Positions 23,931 through 37,848 are shown, counted from the first letter of the stretch. The stretch: DNA of 64,000 nucleotides from Tubulanus polymorphus (GCF_964204645.1 NC_134033.1:14888655-14952654), one strand, 5' to 3'. Notes: generated by a model from the sequence alone, not told the origin. Translations and numbers: made by a program.

Positions 23931-25817
23931 ACTGCAGCGACACCTAGTGGTATCGAATCGGACTACGATGCGTATAACAGCGCGTGAGGGGATATATATC
24001 ATCATCGAGAGTTTATATCAAACAGCTTCTAGCGTTTAAATGTTGTGAGTAAATAACAATCAATGATTTTATTTCGTGCCGTCGACGAAATCGAAGCTGC
24101 TTTCAATGTGATGCAGGCTCGGTTAAAGATCTTTTTATTATCCGTGGCATAATTATAAACAAGACAGTGGCGACGTTGTGTGGTGATATATGGAACCACT
24201 GTTGAGGCTATGTATGGTCTGATCAGCCTTAATGTTGTACATAGAGAAATGTATATTATGACGAAAAGTTCCTTATACATGTAAAAGTTGTATATTAAGT
24301 TGTATGAGTGTATTCAATGTATATGGAATGAAATAATGACAAAATTTTAGTATTTAAGTTTGTTACGTAAGAAAATTTATTTATCTCGGATTTATGTTAT
24401 GATACACAGAGAGAAAGAAAGATATATGAAAAATGTTTTCGATGTTTTATCATGTTTTATGTGGTAATCTGTTATCTTGGGCTCAGTTTTATAGACTGGT
24501 TATTTACTTTAAACCGGGGCTCGTAAGTTAGCTCATAAGTCTACAAAACTGGCCCCTGGATCCAGCGCTTCAATTGTCGGTTAAGATTTGAATGTAGAGT
24601 TAGAAAGCAAAATTCCAAACGCGAAGTCGAATAAAACCGGTAACTGTTGAACTGGGCCCTGGCGGTAGGCCTACTACTAACTAGTCATTCTAACGAACAT
24701 TCTGAAAATCAAGAGGGTCATTCATTTATTACGTACGCATTAGGGGAAGGGGAGGGGTCAGTGCAATTGCGTACTGTATTGCTGAATGTATATGAAAAAA
24801 TGGCCGATTTTGCGTACAAAGGGGGAGGGGGGTTGAAAGAGTCAAATTTTATGCGTACGTAATAAATGAATGATCCCAGAATTGATTTTTGTTTGAGGTG
24901 CTTAACGCGTGATGAATTATCAGCCGATTCCTAAATGTTTTTACTACAATCAAAAACATGACATTCACACATATATCTAATAACATTATTTAAAACTGCT
25001 TTTGGACTGAATGCAAAAATGTATATATAAAGTGCTTTGAGTGTAAAACCATTTTGTTACCGATTCATATTGTTCGATTTGTTTACAGTTTTTCTTTTTT
25101 CCCCAGTGTTATTTATTATACACAATGTATATATATATAATGATTAAAAGAGAATAAATGTTGAAGAAATGTAGACAATTGCGTGGATCTTATTCTGAAT
25201 GTAGAAATTTACGATTGAAAAATCGCCGTGTAATTTTTCTCTCCCGAGCAGCGTGCAATGTTTTTATTGAGTTCAATTGCTGTATTATTAATGAATGTAT
25301 CAATTATCAGTGATAAATAAACAACAAGAACCACTTAAAATTGCTTCTGTAAAAAATTAAAAGTTATTTATTTCTTTGTTTATTAAGCGTAACGTAATAA
25401 TAGTGGGATTCGAATCCGGTTTCGATTTTGGAACGTGTGTGGATGTTTGGCATACGCTCGATTTGGTGATCTGCGCAAAGTCTAATAATCCTAGTTGAAT
25501 TTACAGTTTATGGAAATTGGTTCTAAACCGTGGTCATATCTTTTTAAATCTCTAAAGAATTTTTTTAATGTCTAAAATAATACGGACCGCTAGACAAGGT
25601 AGTGGGATTCGAACCCGGGCGGTAGTTTCAGAACGAAGCAGTTAGTTCGCATCCGCACAGGTCAAACCGACAATCTGCGCAAACTCGAATCCGAGCTACG
25701 CGTGCGCAGTTTGATTTACGACCGATAGTGGATCGCTTCTAGTCGCCAGTTAGAATGAAAAATCTCTGAAATCTGGAAAAAATCATCATAAAAATAGGCG
25801 TGAAATAAAAAAACTAC

Positions 25818-28800
25818 ATGACAGGAAGGTAAGAAATAAATAGAAATTATAGATTATTTTCCATTCACGAAATAAACCTTAGAAAATAGTTCGTTGGCCT
25901 TATCGGGACCTGGAGTGACGACAGACACCGCTGAATTCTGAAACAAGTGGTGTCAAAAAACATCGTTGACCAGACCAATTTATTTGGGCAGGTCAATTTT
26001 CCCCCGTGGTTCATCCTTTGAATTGAACCAATTTTTCGTATTTTAACCGTAGTTGTCTGTATTCAGGTATTTGTATATTGTCTTTCAGCTTGTAAACCTG
26101 CTTCTTATCGGACTTACGCATTCTGAAGCAATAAAATTGAGTTGAGTTCCAATAATAATCACAATCATGAAGACAAGTTCTTCCTCTCCACTCTCTGCTC
26201 TCTCTTCTCTTTTCTGACTGACTGGTATTGGATTCGACTGATGAGAGGTATTGAGTGTTTACACCTGGTTTCATCGTCAAAATATTTCTAGCTGAATGAA
26301 TCTAAGCTTGTTGTGTGTAGTAGTAAGAGAGGCTCTCTTCCCTGATTCGAAATGTAAAAATAGAGAGAACATCTGGACCACTGCTGTAACATTCCTCCTA
26401 CCTCCGGCTGTAAATAGATTTTAAATTCATTCATTCATTATACATCAACCGGTATTACTGCATTGTACACATTGATTACTGACTGAGAGAGGAATATAAA
26501 ATAAATAGTTATAATCACGATTGAATAGGATTTTAAACAGAAACTCAGGTTTCAGGAGGTAAAATCAATAGGTATCGATACGTTTGACGCGAAAATGTGT
26601 TTCGAATCTATGATGAAATGATTATTAATTCAGGGTTTTGGCTTTATGAATCTGGATCTGGTTCCAGAGTTGGGGGATAGGCCTAATACCCTGGGAGGAC
26701 CGGTTCGGGATTTGAGGAACTTCTGGACCCAGTTCCAGACTTGAAAACATTTGATGTTGAGAGTTGAAAAATTGAAAATGGACTGTTTTGAATCTTGTAT
26801 CAAATTTTACCAAGAAGAACTCGGTCCAGGATCCAGCTCAACAGTTATCGGTGAAGATTTTACTCCAGATTCAACTCTTGAGTCAAATTAAGAATTGTGG
26901 GACTGCTTTTATAAACACCTCAGTTCATAGTCATTTGAGTGAACCACAGGGTTATGGACCTGGTCCGGTTGCACAATCATGACTTAAGTCCAAAAGTGGT
27001 CTTAAATCATATGACTGGTATTAAGTTGGTTATAGAACCACAATGAGCTTAGACTGGTCTTAAGGTGTCAGATTGGTTAAAGAACCAAAATGAGTCTAAA
27101 CTGGTCTTAAGGTGTCAGATTGGTTAAAGAACCAAAATGAGCTTAGACTGATCTTAAGTTGTTAGATTTGCTGTAGAACCACAATGAGCTTAGACTGGTC
27201 TTAAGGTGTTAGATTGGTTAAAGAACCAAAATGTGCTAAGGGCAAAGGCTGGTCTTAAGTACTTAGACTAGTGACCAAAATGAGTTTAGACTAGTCGTAA
27301 GTCTAAGCCGTGACTGTGCAATTAGTCCCCAGAGATTTCACTCAATTGACTTATAATTGAATTAACCATTGATGAGTTCTGTAAAACCAAACCCTGGCTG
27401 TTAATTGATAGGAAATGAAACGGTCACGATTCAATCGTTGATACTGGTTCGGTGTCTGTATCTGTGTTTAACACATACGCGCGCGATCTCGAGTCGAGCT
27501 CTGAAATGTCGTCGTATCTGACCGTACCGAATCAGACCAGTCCTACAGCTGTGCCGATGTTCGAAAATATCTTCGAGAAAATTCTCATCAAATCGAAACC
27601 ATGGTAGGTACTTCACTATTTGAGCGCAGATCATGAACGCATGTTTGCCTATATGAAGAAAGCTTGTTTTAGAAGTTACTATACTAGGTTGGCAGATTGT
27701 AGAGAGAATAAGAAGAATCCCTAATTTATGTTAGATGTTTGAACAAAGTTTATCTTTTTCTTTTTATCTTATGGAAATGTATTTCAAGACTGCTGTTCTG
27801 TTTAATCAAAGCTTTAAAGAGATTAGTGTAAGAAATAGCATCTGTAGAAAGTTAGCTCGTATCGGTAGGAGTTCAGTTACAATTCCCTCCAGTTTTTTTC
27901 CTCACGAGCTATGCAATGTAAATGAGGACCCGATTTACATTGCATAGCTACAAAGAAGTCTAGAGGCCCGTAATTACACTTGATTAGGTAATATACCATG
28001 GACGTAAAAGCTATGAGCTAATACCAGAAATACATGAAAATACTCAATGTATTTTTGTCGATACTGTTAGTATCCCTCTAGTCTTGAAATTATATGTTTG
28101 GAGGAGAGGCCTGACACTATTTGTATTTATGCAAAAATACAAAAAGTATTTACATAGTATCAAAAGAAAGATGACAAGTTTATGTATTATTGATAAAAGT
28201 ATAAACAGTTGAATCCGCTTAATTCAGGTCATTTGGGACCAACAAAATTCATCTGGTCTACGGCAAATCCAGATTATAAGTCATTTTCCTGTAATATTAT
28301 TGAACAAATGGACTGCAAATATAGTCGGGGTTGGACCGAAATCCAGATTAAGCCGACCCGGATTAAGCGGGTTTGACTGTTCGTAGTTTTGGTGTTAGCT
28401 ATAGTTTCTACGCCGATGGTGCTGATGAATGTTATGGTATTAGCTATTATAGAAATGAAATCACAGCGTCTGACGGAATGTACGTGAAACATATAATATC
28501 TCAATGAGCGTGGATTATGTTTATGTAAGGGAGAGAGGGAGGGTGGAGAGAGAGAGTAGAGTGTAAGGTTTAATCTGTGATTTGAGAAGGATTTCTGTAC
28601 AGGTAAACGCGGGTATACACCTCACTGGTGCAGTAACTCATACACCGGTCGGTATACACCGTATATACACCGAGTTCCTCGTACACCTGTGCTTCTACCT
28701 CACTCTCTTCGTGATGGATATCACTAACTTTTCCGGGTAAGTTTTACGCATAGTGGTTTCAGCTCGGAATCAGCTTTTTATACACCTCTAATAAATCCAG

Positions 28801-31800
28801 TTCTAAAACTACTCCAGACAACTTTACATATTACATCATTAAGACTAACCCTTGTAAGTTTTTGATATTATTCGATAGCGCTTGTAGGCCTAATCGAGAT
28901 AGGAGTGGATCGAGGTGATTTTGTGGGTCCATACCCCTGCCGTCCCGAGGAGTTTGCCCTTTTTGTCAAAACACGGATCATAAAACCACCCCCCCCCCCC
29001 CCCCCCCGAAGTTTTACAATCATCCACTTAGAAAGTGCGTCTTTGGATGTATTTCTTGAATATTATCTAATACCACCCAATGTCGTAATCGGCCAGGGTG
29101 GATCCAGAGGCCAATTTTGAAGGACTTAATTCAAATTGTGACATGCCAAAAGGGCACCTTGATATCCAAACAGGCAATATTAGGTGTAATCCACCACTGG
29201 TATGTTTGTTGACAAAGAGGTCAAAGATGTACTTGTACAAGTCTCACACGTCGCTCTGGATCGGCCAATGAATCGGCATGTTTGCTTTATCCAACGAATG
29301 ATCTACTTCCAACTATCCTAGTTTGACCACTGATGATGAACAAAATAGTTCGGGATGTATCGCACCAGAAAGGGGAATGCTTGTTCCATGAGGGATGGAC
29401 AGAGCTGCCGATTGACATCCTCCCTTAGTAGGGGTTTGAACCTGATGGCATCGCTACACTCAGCCACGGCACGAACCCCTGCCACAGTAGACCGTGTGCG
29501 CAGCCTCAAGAAAACTTGCGGCACCAATCAGATTGCTTGTTGTATAATCGTTGAGGCAAATTTCATGAATAAACTATAAATGGAAAAACCCGGGGCTAAA
29601 ATTAAACAAGATATCTGATTGGCTAATAATGGCATCATCTAAGCTGCGCATATAACTGCGCGACCGGTCTAGTGTGGCAGGGTTTGATACTGTGACAATC
29701 TCGATGCCATCCCTGCCGCGGCCGATCGAAAAACCCCACAGAGCACAAAGAACGTCATAAAACGAAGGAACGCTCGATGTAATAAAGCGTAATTAGGTCA
29801 GACTGACGAACAACAAACAAGATCTAATAATGATATTATTTATTTTATGAGGACCGGACTACGTGACTTTAAACTCAATCTGTCAACTTTAAACAGATGA
29901 CTGAGAGATATTTACGATCGACACGCGATGTTGAATTAGAATTGACCTGATTAAACATTGATTAATAATGAAATATAATTGACACAATGAACCGCCCGTA
30001 CAACAACGTAGAAGCTTTATATCAGTCAGTGTTTATCACAGTGTTAGGAGGGTCTGCGCGGGTCACAGGTATAATAACTAGGAAGTTCCAGAGAGACCTT
30101 CTCTTCACTCTATCGGATTTAGTTCGCGCTTTCAGAAGAGGATTATATCGGTGTTTAGTTGTAGCTGTATCTCTCATCGTTTTCAGTCTTTCTCTGAACA
30201 GACCCGTGCCGCCCGTGCCGCCTGTGCCGCCCAAGCTTTTTTATTTGAGGGGTAGTTCTATTTCGAGAAGAAAGGGCACTTTTTCGGTGTGAAAATTGCC
30301 ACTTTCCTATTGAAAAAAGACAGATCTTTAATGAATCATTTGAGAATGGACCAATTTTCATTTTCCAAAATGAAGAATATAAAAATCGTATCCAAATTTC
30401 AAAATATCTTGACCTGAAATTTTTTGACCCTTACTTTTTGAAGGTTACTTGAGAAATTGGGGGTTCGTTACCCTTTCCCTCGGCACGGCCCTGCTCTACT
30501 ACGTCGGCACTTTTTTATCATTTTTTTTAGGTTTTTGTAAATATTTGGTGAAACTATTTCATTACGACAAATCAATTAATGGTTCGTTAGTATATGATCC
30601 ACTTTCTCTGCTCTCTTGTTATTCATATGAAACTGGGTCGAGCTGGGTCGCGTTGTCATCGCTGTTAATTATATTGAAATACCATTCTATAATTATATAT
30701 CAGTTAATAGTGCGGGGACAGGATCAGTTATTACTGGAGGGATTGGTGATGTCAGTTTGTAGGAGGGGGGAACTGGATCAGTCTGAAGGAGGTCTCTGGT
30801 CTCACTCCCTTCTTTGGGCTCAACCGCCCTCTCCTCCTATATCTCCCTCTCTCTTATTCCTCCTGCCTCTCGACCCTACCCTCCCTCAGTCAGCTCTGGT
30901 TAGTTGATTGAGATGACAGGTTACTAGGTGTATATGAAGGTATCATATTTATAATTGATGAAGGTGGTTGGTGTTAATTGTTCTACTCACACACAGTCAC
31001 TCATTCTCGTGTGTGGCGGGGCTCTGTTACAGTCACCGGATACCGAGGAATGTTTCTAATATTTATTGTCAGTCTATTTCAATTGACTATTAGGTCAATT
31101 ACTAGTGGAGCCGATAGATAATAGAGAGACATCGCAGCCCCGGAATCAGTCTCCTCTATTCCACTGCAGTAAAACCAGGATGTATCCCGCAAAAAACTTT
31201 TTAGTGAATCAGTTTTTAATGGTAAAATGAACAGATGGTGAGATGAGTATTCTATTGTTTACTGGATGCTGTTGTTGCTGCTGATGTGGGAACGATGTTT
31301 TTAGAGATGTTAGGATGATGATGATGATGTGGTTTCTCTCGCAGTTTTCGATCGGAAGCTGAATATTCACTTTACCCGGCTCTACACTAGTTAACATCAA
31401 CGTGCCGCCGATGACTAAATACTTGTAACTACCGCACTTCATCGTTCTCAGGATTTAACTTATTTACCGCAGTCGAATTCTATCTCATCCTGAAGGAGTT
31501 TATAAAGTGTTCTATCTGTTATGAAAGAGTTTACGAAGAGCTCTATCCGTCGTGAAGGAGTTTAAACGAGTTTATAAAGTATTCTATCCGTCGTGAAAGA
31601 GTTTAAACGAGTTTATAAAGTATTCTATCTGTCGTGAAAGAGTTTAAACGAGTTTATAAAGTATTCTATCTGAGGTGAAGGAGTTTAAACGAGTTTGTAA
31701 AGAACTCTACCTGTTGTGAAGGAGTTTATTAAAGTATTCCATCTGAGGTGAAGGAGTTTATAGGGCTCTACCTGTTGTGAAAGAGTTTAAACAAGTTTGT

Positions 31801-34800
31801 GAAGAGTTCTATCAGTTGTGAAGGAGTTTGTTAGAGTTCTATCTGTTGTGAAGGAGTTTATAGGGCTCTACCTGTTGTGAAAGAGTTTAAACGAGTTTGT
31901 GAAGTGTTCCATCAGTTGTGAAGGAGTTTGTTAGAGTTCTATCTGTTGTGAAGGAGTTAATAGGGCTCTACCTGTTGTGAAAGAGTTTAAACGAGTTTGT
32001 AAAGTGTTCCATCAGTTGTGAAGGAGTTTGTTAGAGTTCTATCTGTTGTGAAAGGTTGCTATAGAAACCGTTTTCAGATTTCTAAATCAACCTTCCATTT
32101 CCGATTACGTTCCAATTTGGATGCGCGATTATAGTTTTAAAAATGGCCTCGACTAAAATTCATCTTCAATCGTTGAACAAAAACAATGAAAGTCCGTTGT
32201 TTCGGCGTAGGAGTCAAAAAGCGTCGCAACAGCGTATTCCTACGCCGCCGCCGCCGCCGCCTAACCGTCCGACCGATTTACACCTTCAATACACCGTTAA
32301 CGATATACCGCCGCAGCTTCCTCCGCGGCCGAAAGATTCCGTTTATTTCCCGGACGACGAAAATAGGAACAATGAGTACGTTATCATGTATCACATATCT
32401 GAGATTCATATATCTGAGAATCAAATACCTGAGAATCTCATCAAATACCTGAGAATCTCATATACCTGAGAATGTCATATCATATACCTGAGAATCTCAT
32501 ATCATGTACCACATACCTGAGAATTTCATATCATGTATCTGAGAATCTCATTTGATATATCTGATAATCATATAACTGCGCAACATATATCTGAGAATCT
32601 CATCGTATGCCTGATAATCTCATATCATATGTCTGAGAATCATATATCTGATATCTCATATCGTGTGTTATATCCCTGGGAATCTGATATCATGTATCTG
32701 GGAATCTCTTATCATCTGGGCATTTCATATATATCCGAGAATCGCATATCAAATATTTGAAAATCTCATATCATATATCTGAAAAACGTATATCATCCAT
32801 CTGAGAATCTCATATCATGTGCATGGATCTGAAGCATTTTTCAATGTTTTATTCTCTATTCAGTGTCCAACCTGTGTCTATTCTCTCTATTTTAGCGTCT
32901 AATTTGTGTCTATTCCCTGTGTGTGTATTTTCAGCACGAATATGAGTTTAGGAAACGCAGTTTGTACGCGGTGCGGAGATGGATTCAGCGCGCACGAGAA
33001 AATCGTCAATTCAAACGGTGAAATTTGGCACACCGAGTGCTTCGTGTAAGTTTGATATTTATACGTCAGTCATTCATGTGTGTGTACTGAAATTTTCATT
33101 ATTTTAGATTTTAAATTTTTAAGTGTCGCCGTGTATTGGAAAAATTGCCAACTTCTAATCTAACATTGCAGGGGTGAAAATAGGGGTTGGTTTCGGGGGT
33201 CCGGACCGAACACCTCCCCACTGAAGTTACCCTTTTCGTCAAGACAGGGATAGCTTTTTAAGACCTCCAAATTTGACACTCATCCTCATCGAAAACTGCA
33301 TATTTTCGGATATATTTCTTGGGGAAATTTCGAATACCGAGGGTAGGACCCTGCTAGCGGCCTTTGGCATGGCTGCTTTATCTGAAAAATACTTTTTCCT
33401 CTGGCAAACTTCCTGAATCCACCCCCGCATTTCCTCAAAATACACGTGTAAAATAGTCACTTTCTGACCCCGAAAAGATGTGTAAAGTCTCTCAGTGGTT
33501 GTGTTGTGAACTATTTATATCTGATTTATCGGTTTTTTTTTTCTCTTCAGTTGCGCTCAGTGTTTTCGACCGTTTCCTGAAGGTATTTTTTACGAGTTTG
33601 AAAGTCGGAAATACTGCGAACACGATTTCCACGTGCTGTTCACTCCGTGCTGTGGGAAATGCAGTAAGTACTCTAGTTATCTCTATATCCTACAGATGGC
33701 ACCACTCATTGTCATGGTTCCATGCAGAGCTGTTGTCAAATAGTCCTGATTTTCAGTATTACAAGAAATACTGATTTGATGCATACAGAAATATGAAAGA
33801 TGTTACTGAGGGTCTTACTGTTGATTACTGATTAATTTGAACAGAAATATGAAAGATGTTACTGAGGGTCTTACTGTTGATTACTGATTAATTTGAACAG
33901 AAATATGAAAGATGTTACAGGGGGTCTTACTGTTGATTACTGATTAATTTGAACAGAAATATGAAAGTTGTTACTGAGGGTCTTACTGTTGATTACTGAT
34001 TAATTTGAACAGAAATATGAAAGATGTTACTGAGGGTCTTACTGTTGATTACTGATTAATTTGCACATTTTCTTTCATATTTCAATGAAATGTTCAGAGC
34101 CATATTTAATGGGGGCCAGTTGCCCCTTAGAAACTTTGGAAAATTGCGCTCTGCAAATATTGTTGTTATATCTTATAGAACTGTCCTTTTTCGGGTTTTC
34201 TGCTCCCCCCCAAAAAAAAATTCAAATGCTAGGTATGGCTCCTCTATTTCTCCTGATGTTACTGAAAAAAAAATTCAACTTGTTAGTGATAGCAATTTCA
34301 GAGGTTGGCAGACCAGTTTAAGAGATGAGCTCCTTGTTCCTTCTGCAGAGGACCAGCTCATTGATTCCGCCTGCGAGGGACCAGCTCATGGTATTATTAA
34401 ATTGTCTATTTTCAGGTGAGTTTATAGTCGGACGCGTGATTAAAGCGATGAATAATAACTGGCATCCCGACTGTTTTCGATGTGAAATATGCCATTCGAT
34501 TCTCGCCGACGCCGGATTCGTTAAGAACGCTGGCAGAGCCCTCTGTAGGGAATGTAACGCGAAAGAGAAGGCATCGGGAACAGGAAAATATGTGTGTCAT
34601 AAATGCCAGTAAGTGAACAGTGTTAGTACGGGTATCAATCGTGCAGACTGGAGACACTCCCATCATACATTCACTACTGGCGGATCAGTGCTGGTAAAAT
34701 GTCTAATTAGTGTCTGGTGTTTGTAGTTAATTTTCAATTAATAATGTCTCAGGTGAAGCACTGAACACATGTGAAGTGTGGACAATGAAAAAATGTGAAG

Positions 34801-37800
34801 AATGGTGTGAAAGAGTGTTGAATGTCTGAGCGGTGCAGGTTTCCAGATGCTGTTAAAACAACTTGTTTAAACAATTCCCCCCCCCCCCTCCGCTGTGTCT
34901 GACGAAATGTGTCTTTATTTATTTTATAGTTCGATAATAGAAGAAGGACATATAAAATATAAAGGAGATGTCTTCCATCCCTATCATTTTAATTGTACAT
35001 CATGCAGGTAAAACTAATCCCCTTTCACTCCCCTTCGACCCCCACCTCCCACAATTTGTTCATGCTCTTATTCATCTATTTCAGTATTGAACTAAATTCG
35101 GACGCGCGCGAAAAAAATGGCGAATTATATTGTTTACGTTGCCATGACAAAATGGGTATCCCTATTTGCGGGGCGTGTCGGCGACCGATCGAGGAACGCG
35201 TTGTCCATGCTTTAGGGAAAGCCTGGCATGTAGAGGTACGTTTTATTCCACAGCTGGTTACCCAGCTATATCCATTTTGCGAGAGAAATCCCTCACAAGG
35301 ATAGTTGAGCCAGAGGGTAGAAGGTTTATATACGTATTTGAGCAACATTTCAGCTAATGACTATTTAGCAATTATCAGATTTTACTTGATACAGATGATG
35401 TACAATTCATTATGTGCAATTCATTCTGTATCATGTACACCTGATGATGGCTTATATAGTCTTAAGCTGAAACATTGGTCTAATATACAGTCCACCCCGA
35501 TAAACCGCCCTCCCATTTACCGCCACCCCGCCTACCGCCAGGTTTTCTCAATGTACATCTCTATACAAATACATAGTTAAACAGCCCCGATATATCGCCA
35601 TACTCTCTACACCGCCAAAATCGTTCTGCGCCGATGTGGGCGCAGTATATCGGGGCTTGACTGTATGTATAAACCTTTCTACTCAAAGAACTTTACATCT
35701 TTGGAACTTTACATCTTTTCATCATGAATTATTGTTTGATTTCACTTGTATATTCACCTTACACTGATATTGTGTATCCACTCGACTTATCAATCTTACG
35801 CTCGTTTTCGAAATTTTCAGCATTTTGTTTGCGCGAAGTGTGAAAAACCGTTTTTAGGTTCGCGTCATTACGAGAAGAAAGGAATGGCTTATTGCGAAAC
35901 TCATTATCATCAGTTATTCGGAAATATATGCTTCGTGTGCAATACAGTTATATCTGGAGACGGTGAGTTTTGATTCTCATTCAGATAGATATCATTATTA
36001 GAGTCCTATTTGTGCTGATTCAATGGCTGAATCATTTACTGAATCATCTAATTACAGTAAAACCTTGTTGATAGGAATCTCGTGGGTTAAGGTGAAATTA
36101 TCGGGTTTCGTTTTGATATAAATAGCTATCTTAGCTGGGACATGCTGGAAATCATTGTAATAAACAACAAGTTTTTGTCGTAAACAATTATTAATGAGGT
36201 TCAACCAGATTAGTGAACTGTCTACTTGTTTTTCGGTCAGCCACACTATTCTGCCATCTATGTGAAAATCTATGAACTAAATCACCTGGAAATTTGTCAG
36301 AAAAGGACATGTATGAAGTTGCAGTCTCTGATGGGTTTAGAAATGGACCCTTCATGAAATACAGCACCCAAACCTATGCAGCCCTTGTACTTAGCTTAAG
36401 GATGATTTGAGGAAAGTCTTGTATCTAGCTGTTTACCATACCATGCACATTGTCAGGAATTTAGACTACCTTGTGAGGTCGGTGTGACCAATACGAACCA
36501 CTAGCTGACATCAGGTCATGCAATCTGATTTTAATCTAATATGTCATAGAATCTAAAAAGTCATGATCGGTCAGCGACGCTATGAACCCTGACTGAACTG
36601 GCTGATTTTAAAAACCATTTAATGCCCGATGGCCAATTTGAACCCTCTCTGTGCATGAATGGTCACCAAAATTAAATAATGATAAATAATCTAAAAAGCA
36701 TTTTCGGATCAGTAGATGTTTTAATAGTTGTTGTTTATATTCATTTTCTATAGTATTCTCAGCTTTGAATAAAGCCTGGTGCGGAAATCATTTTGCGTGC
36801 GCATTCTGTGACAAGAAAATGAGCCATAAGTAAGTGCTGCCATCTATCTATCATATCAAACATTTTTTTGGTCATATCTATTGACCTAACGTGAGCCTGC
36901 GTGACAATTAAATCATCGAGCAACTGGCCCCTGGTTGTATTATTTCAGTGTCTATCATGTTTGACCAGGTTCGTGTGGATTTACAGAGTTCATTGTTTTA
37001 TGCGTATTTTCCAGAAGAGAGGTTTACAATTCGCCTCGATGATTTAAATCAATGAAAGCGCAATCTGTTCAAATTCATGCTATGTTTAACTCGGAGTTCA
37101 GATCATAGCAGGGGTCGGAGGGGAGGGTGCAGTTTCAACCGAGCCAAACAGCAGTCCGTTGCAAATTGGCAACCATCTCATTTTCAATGAACTCGGCAAT
37201 TCAAATTAATTGTACAGTCAACCCCCCATATACCACCCTCCCATATACCTCCACCCTCCAGCCTACCGCCAAAGTTTCTCAATCTCTATACAAATACGTA
37301 GTAAAACACCCCGATATACCACCATACTCTCTATACCGCTAAAATCGCTCCGCACCGATGCGGGCGCAGTATATCAGGGGTTGACTGTAGTGTAAATTAG
37401 CGTTTGAAAGATTCAACTAATTCTGGAACAAGGAACCGTTAGGCTAAAAAAATTGATACCTTGTTTCTGCGCTCTGCTGAGCTTAAATGTTGACCCGGCC
37501 GGCCGCCTATCTACCCTATACATTACTTTTTTTTAAATCGTGATCAATTTTACCATAACAGACCCGGCCGCTATAGAAATGAACTGTTTATAAATTTTAT
37601 CATATTTTACAAAAATGACCCGGCCGCTGCGGAGAAACAAGGTATCATTTTTGTTTAGCCTTACTTGTTACGTATTCGGTGTTTCTATAGTCAACTTCTT
37701 ATAAAATTTTTTTTTTCTGATATCCGTTTGCAGAACGCGCTTTTACGAATACGATCTGCGGCCGGCGTGTAAAAACTGTTACGAGAAATTCCCGTCGGAA

Positions 37801-37848
37801 TTGAAAAAGCGTCTGAAAAAAGAGTACGACAGTCAACCTAAAAAGTGA
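25818..37848 (+). CDS. LIMS1/2 (PINCH): PINCH, five-LIM-domain integrin adaptor (LIMS1/2, unc-97, steamer duck)
   Basis: First exon 25818-25828 (MTGS). Common exons: 32935-33045, 33551-33663, 34416-34608, 34930-35007, 35085-35235, 35821-35962, 36754-36829, 37734-37848 (TGA). Motifs: [97 protein letters not shown]. Confidence 0.97.
26962..27330. repeat. Family A MITE derivative with ~6 internal 45-bp units
   Basis: Ends ggtccggttgcaca... and ...tgtgcaattagtccc enclose tandem copies of the same unit. Confidence 0.82.
27506..27603 (+). CDS. PINCH alternative first coding exon 1b ([10 protein letters not shown]...SKP)
   Basis: ATG-initiated open frame ending in phase 2 at gtaggt, matching acceptor 32935. 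Confidence 0.6.
28714..28736 (+). CDS. PINCH alternative first coding exon 1c (MDITNFSG)
   Basis: ATG, then phase-2 consensus donor GG|gtaagt. Confidence 0.55.
29415..29725. mobile_element. Same ~300-bp palindromic repeat, reverse orientation
   Basis: Shares ccctgccacagtagacc, ccaatcagatt and atctgattggctaataat. Confidence 0.7.
30201..30492. mobile_element. MITE with GGGCCGTGCC-type TIR
   Basis: Related copy at ~23177-23465 (shared aagctttttt..gaggg..agttctattt..agaaaaag.gcactttt). Confidence 0.65.
31480..32055. repeat. Composite minisatellite (~30- and ~41-bp units)
   Basis: tctatctgttgtgaaggagttt core, with or without aaacgagttt. Confidence 0.9.
32143..32375 (+). CDS. PINCH alternative first coding exon 1d, proline-rich N-terminal extension
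   Basis: aaaATGG start, 77 codons including [11 protein letters not shown] and PPQLPPRPK, phase-2 donor gtacgt. Confidence 0.7.
32385..32820. repeat. Degenerate short tandem repeat
   Basis: Recurring catatatctgagaatct. Confidence 0.85.
33785..34063. repeat. Tandem repeat, 56-bp unit, 5 copies
   Basis: acagaaatatgaaagatgttactgagggtcttactgttgattactgattaatttga. Confidence 0.95.
35436..35480 (+). ncRNA. Decayed minimal hammerhead-like motif in PINCH intron
   Basis: CTGATGA-t-GGCTTA-tatagtct-TAAGCT-GAAAC-ATT. Confidence 0.45.
35488..35663. mobile_element. pogo/Tigger-like MITE
   Basis: TA|CAGTC...GACTG|TA; sister copy at 37215-37387. Confidence 0.85.
37215..37387. mobile_element. pogo/Tigger-like MITE
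   Basis: TA|CAGTCAACCCC...GGGGTTGACTG|TA. Confidence 0.88.
37442..37660. mobile_element. MITE family B
   Basis: Same TIR, TTA duplication, near-identical to 14343-14562. Confidence 0.9.

Noticed and set aside
23931-23987. Open frame after the NHE exon C stop (TAATPSGIESDYDAYNSA*)
   Set aside because: TAG-A is not a favoured readthrough context, and 18 open codons is unremarkable without conservation data.
25401-25620. Two tagtgggattcgaa(t/c)ccgg motifs resembling tRNA T-arms near the PINCH promoter; similar fragments at ~8265 and ~50690
   Set aside because: No cloverleaf can be completed; at most SINE fragments or isolated B-boxes.
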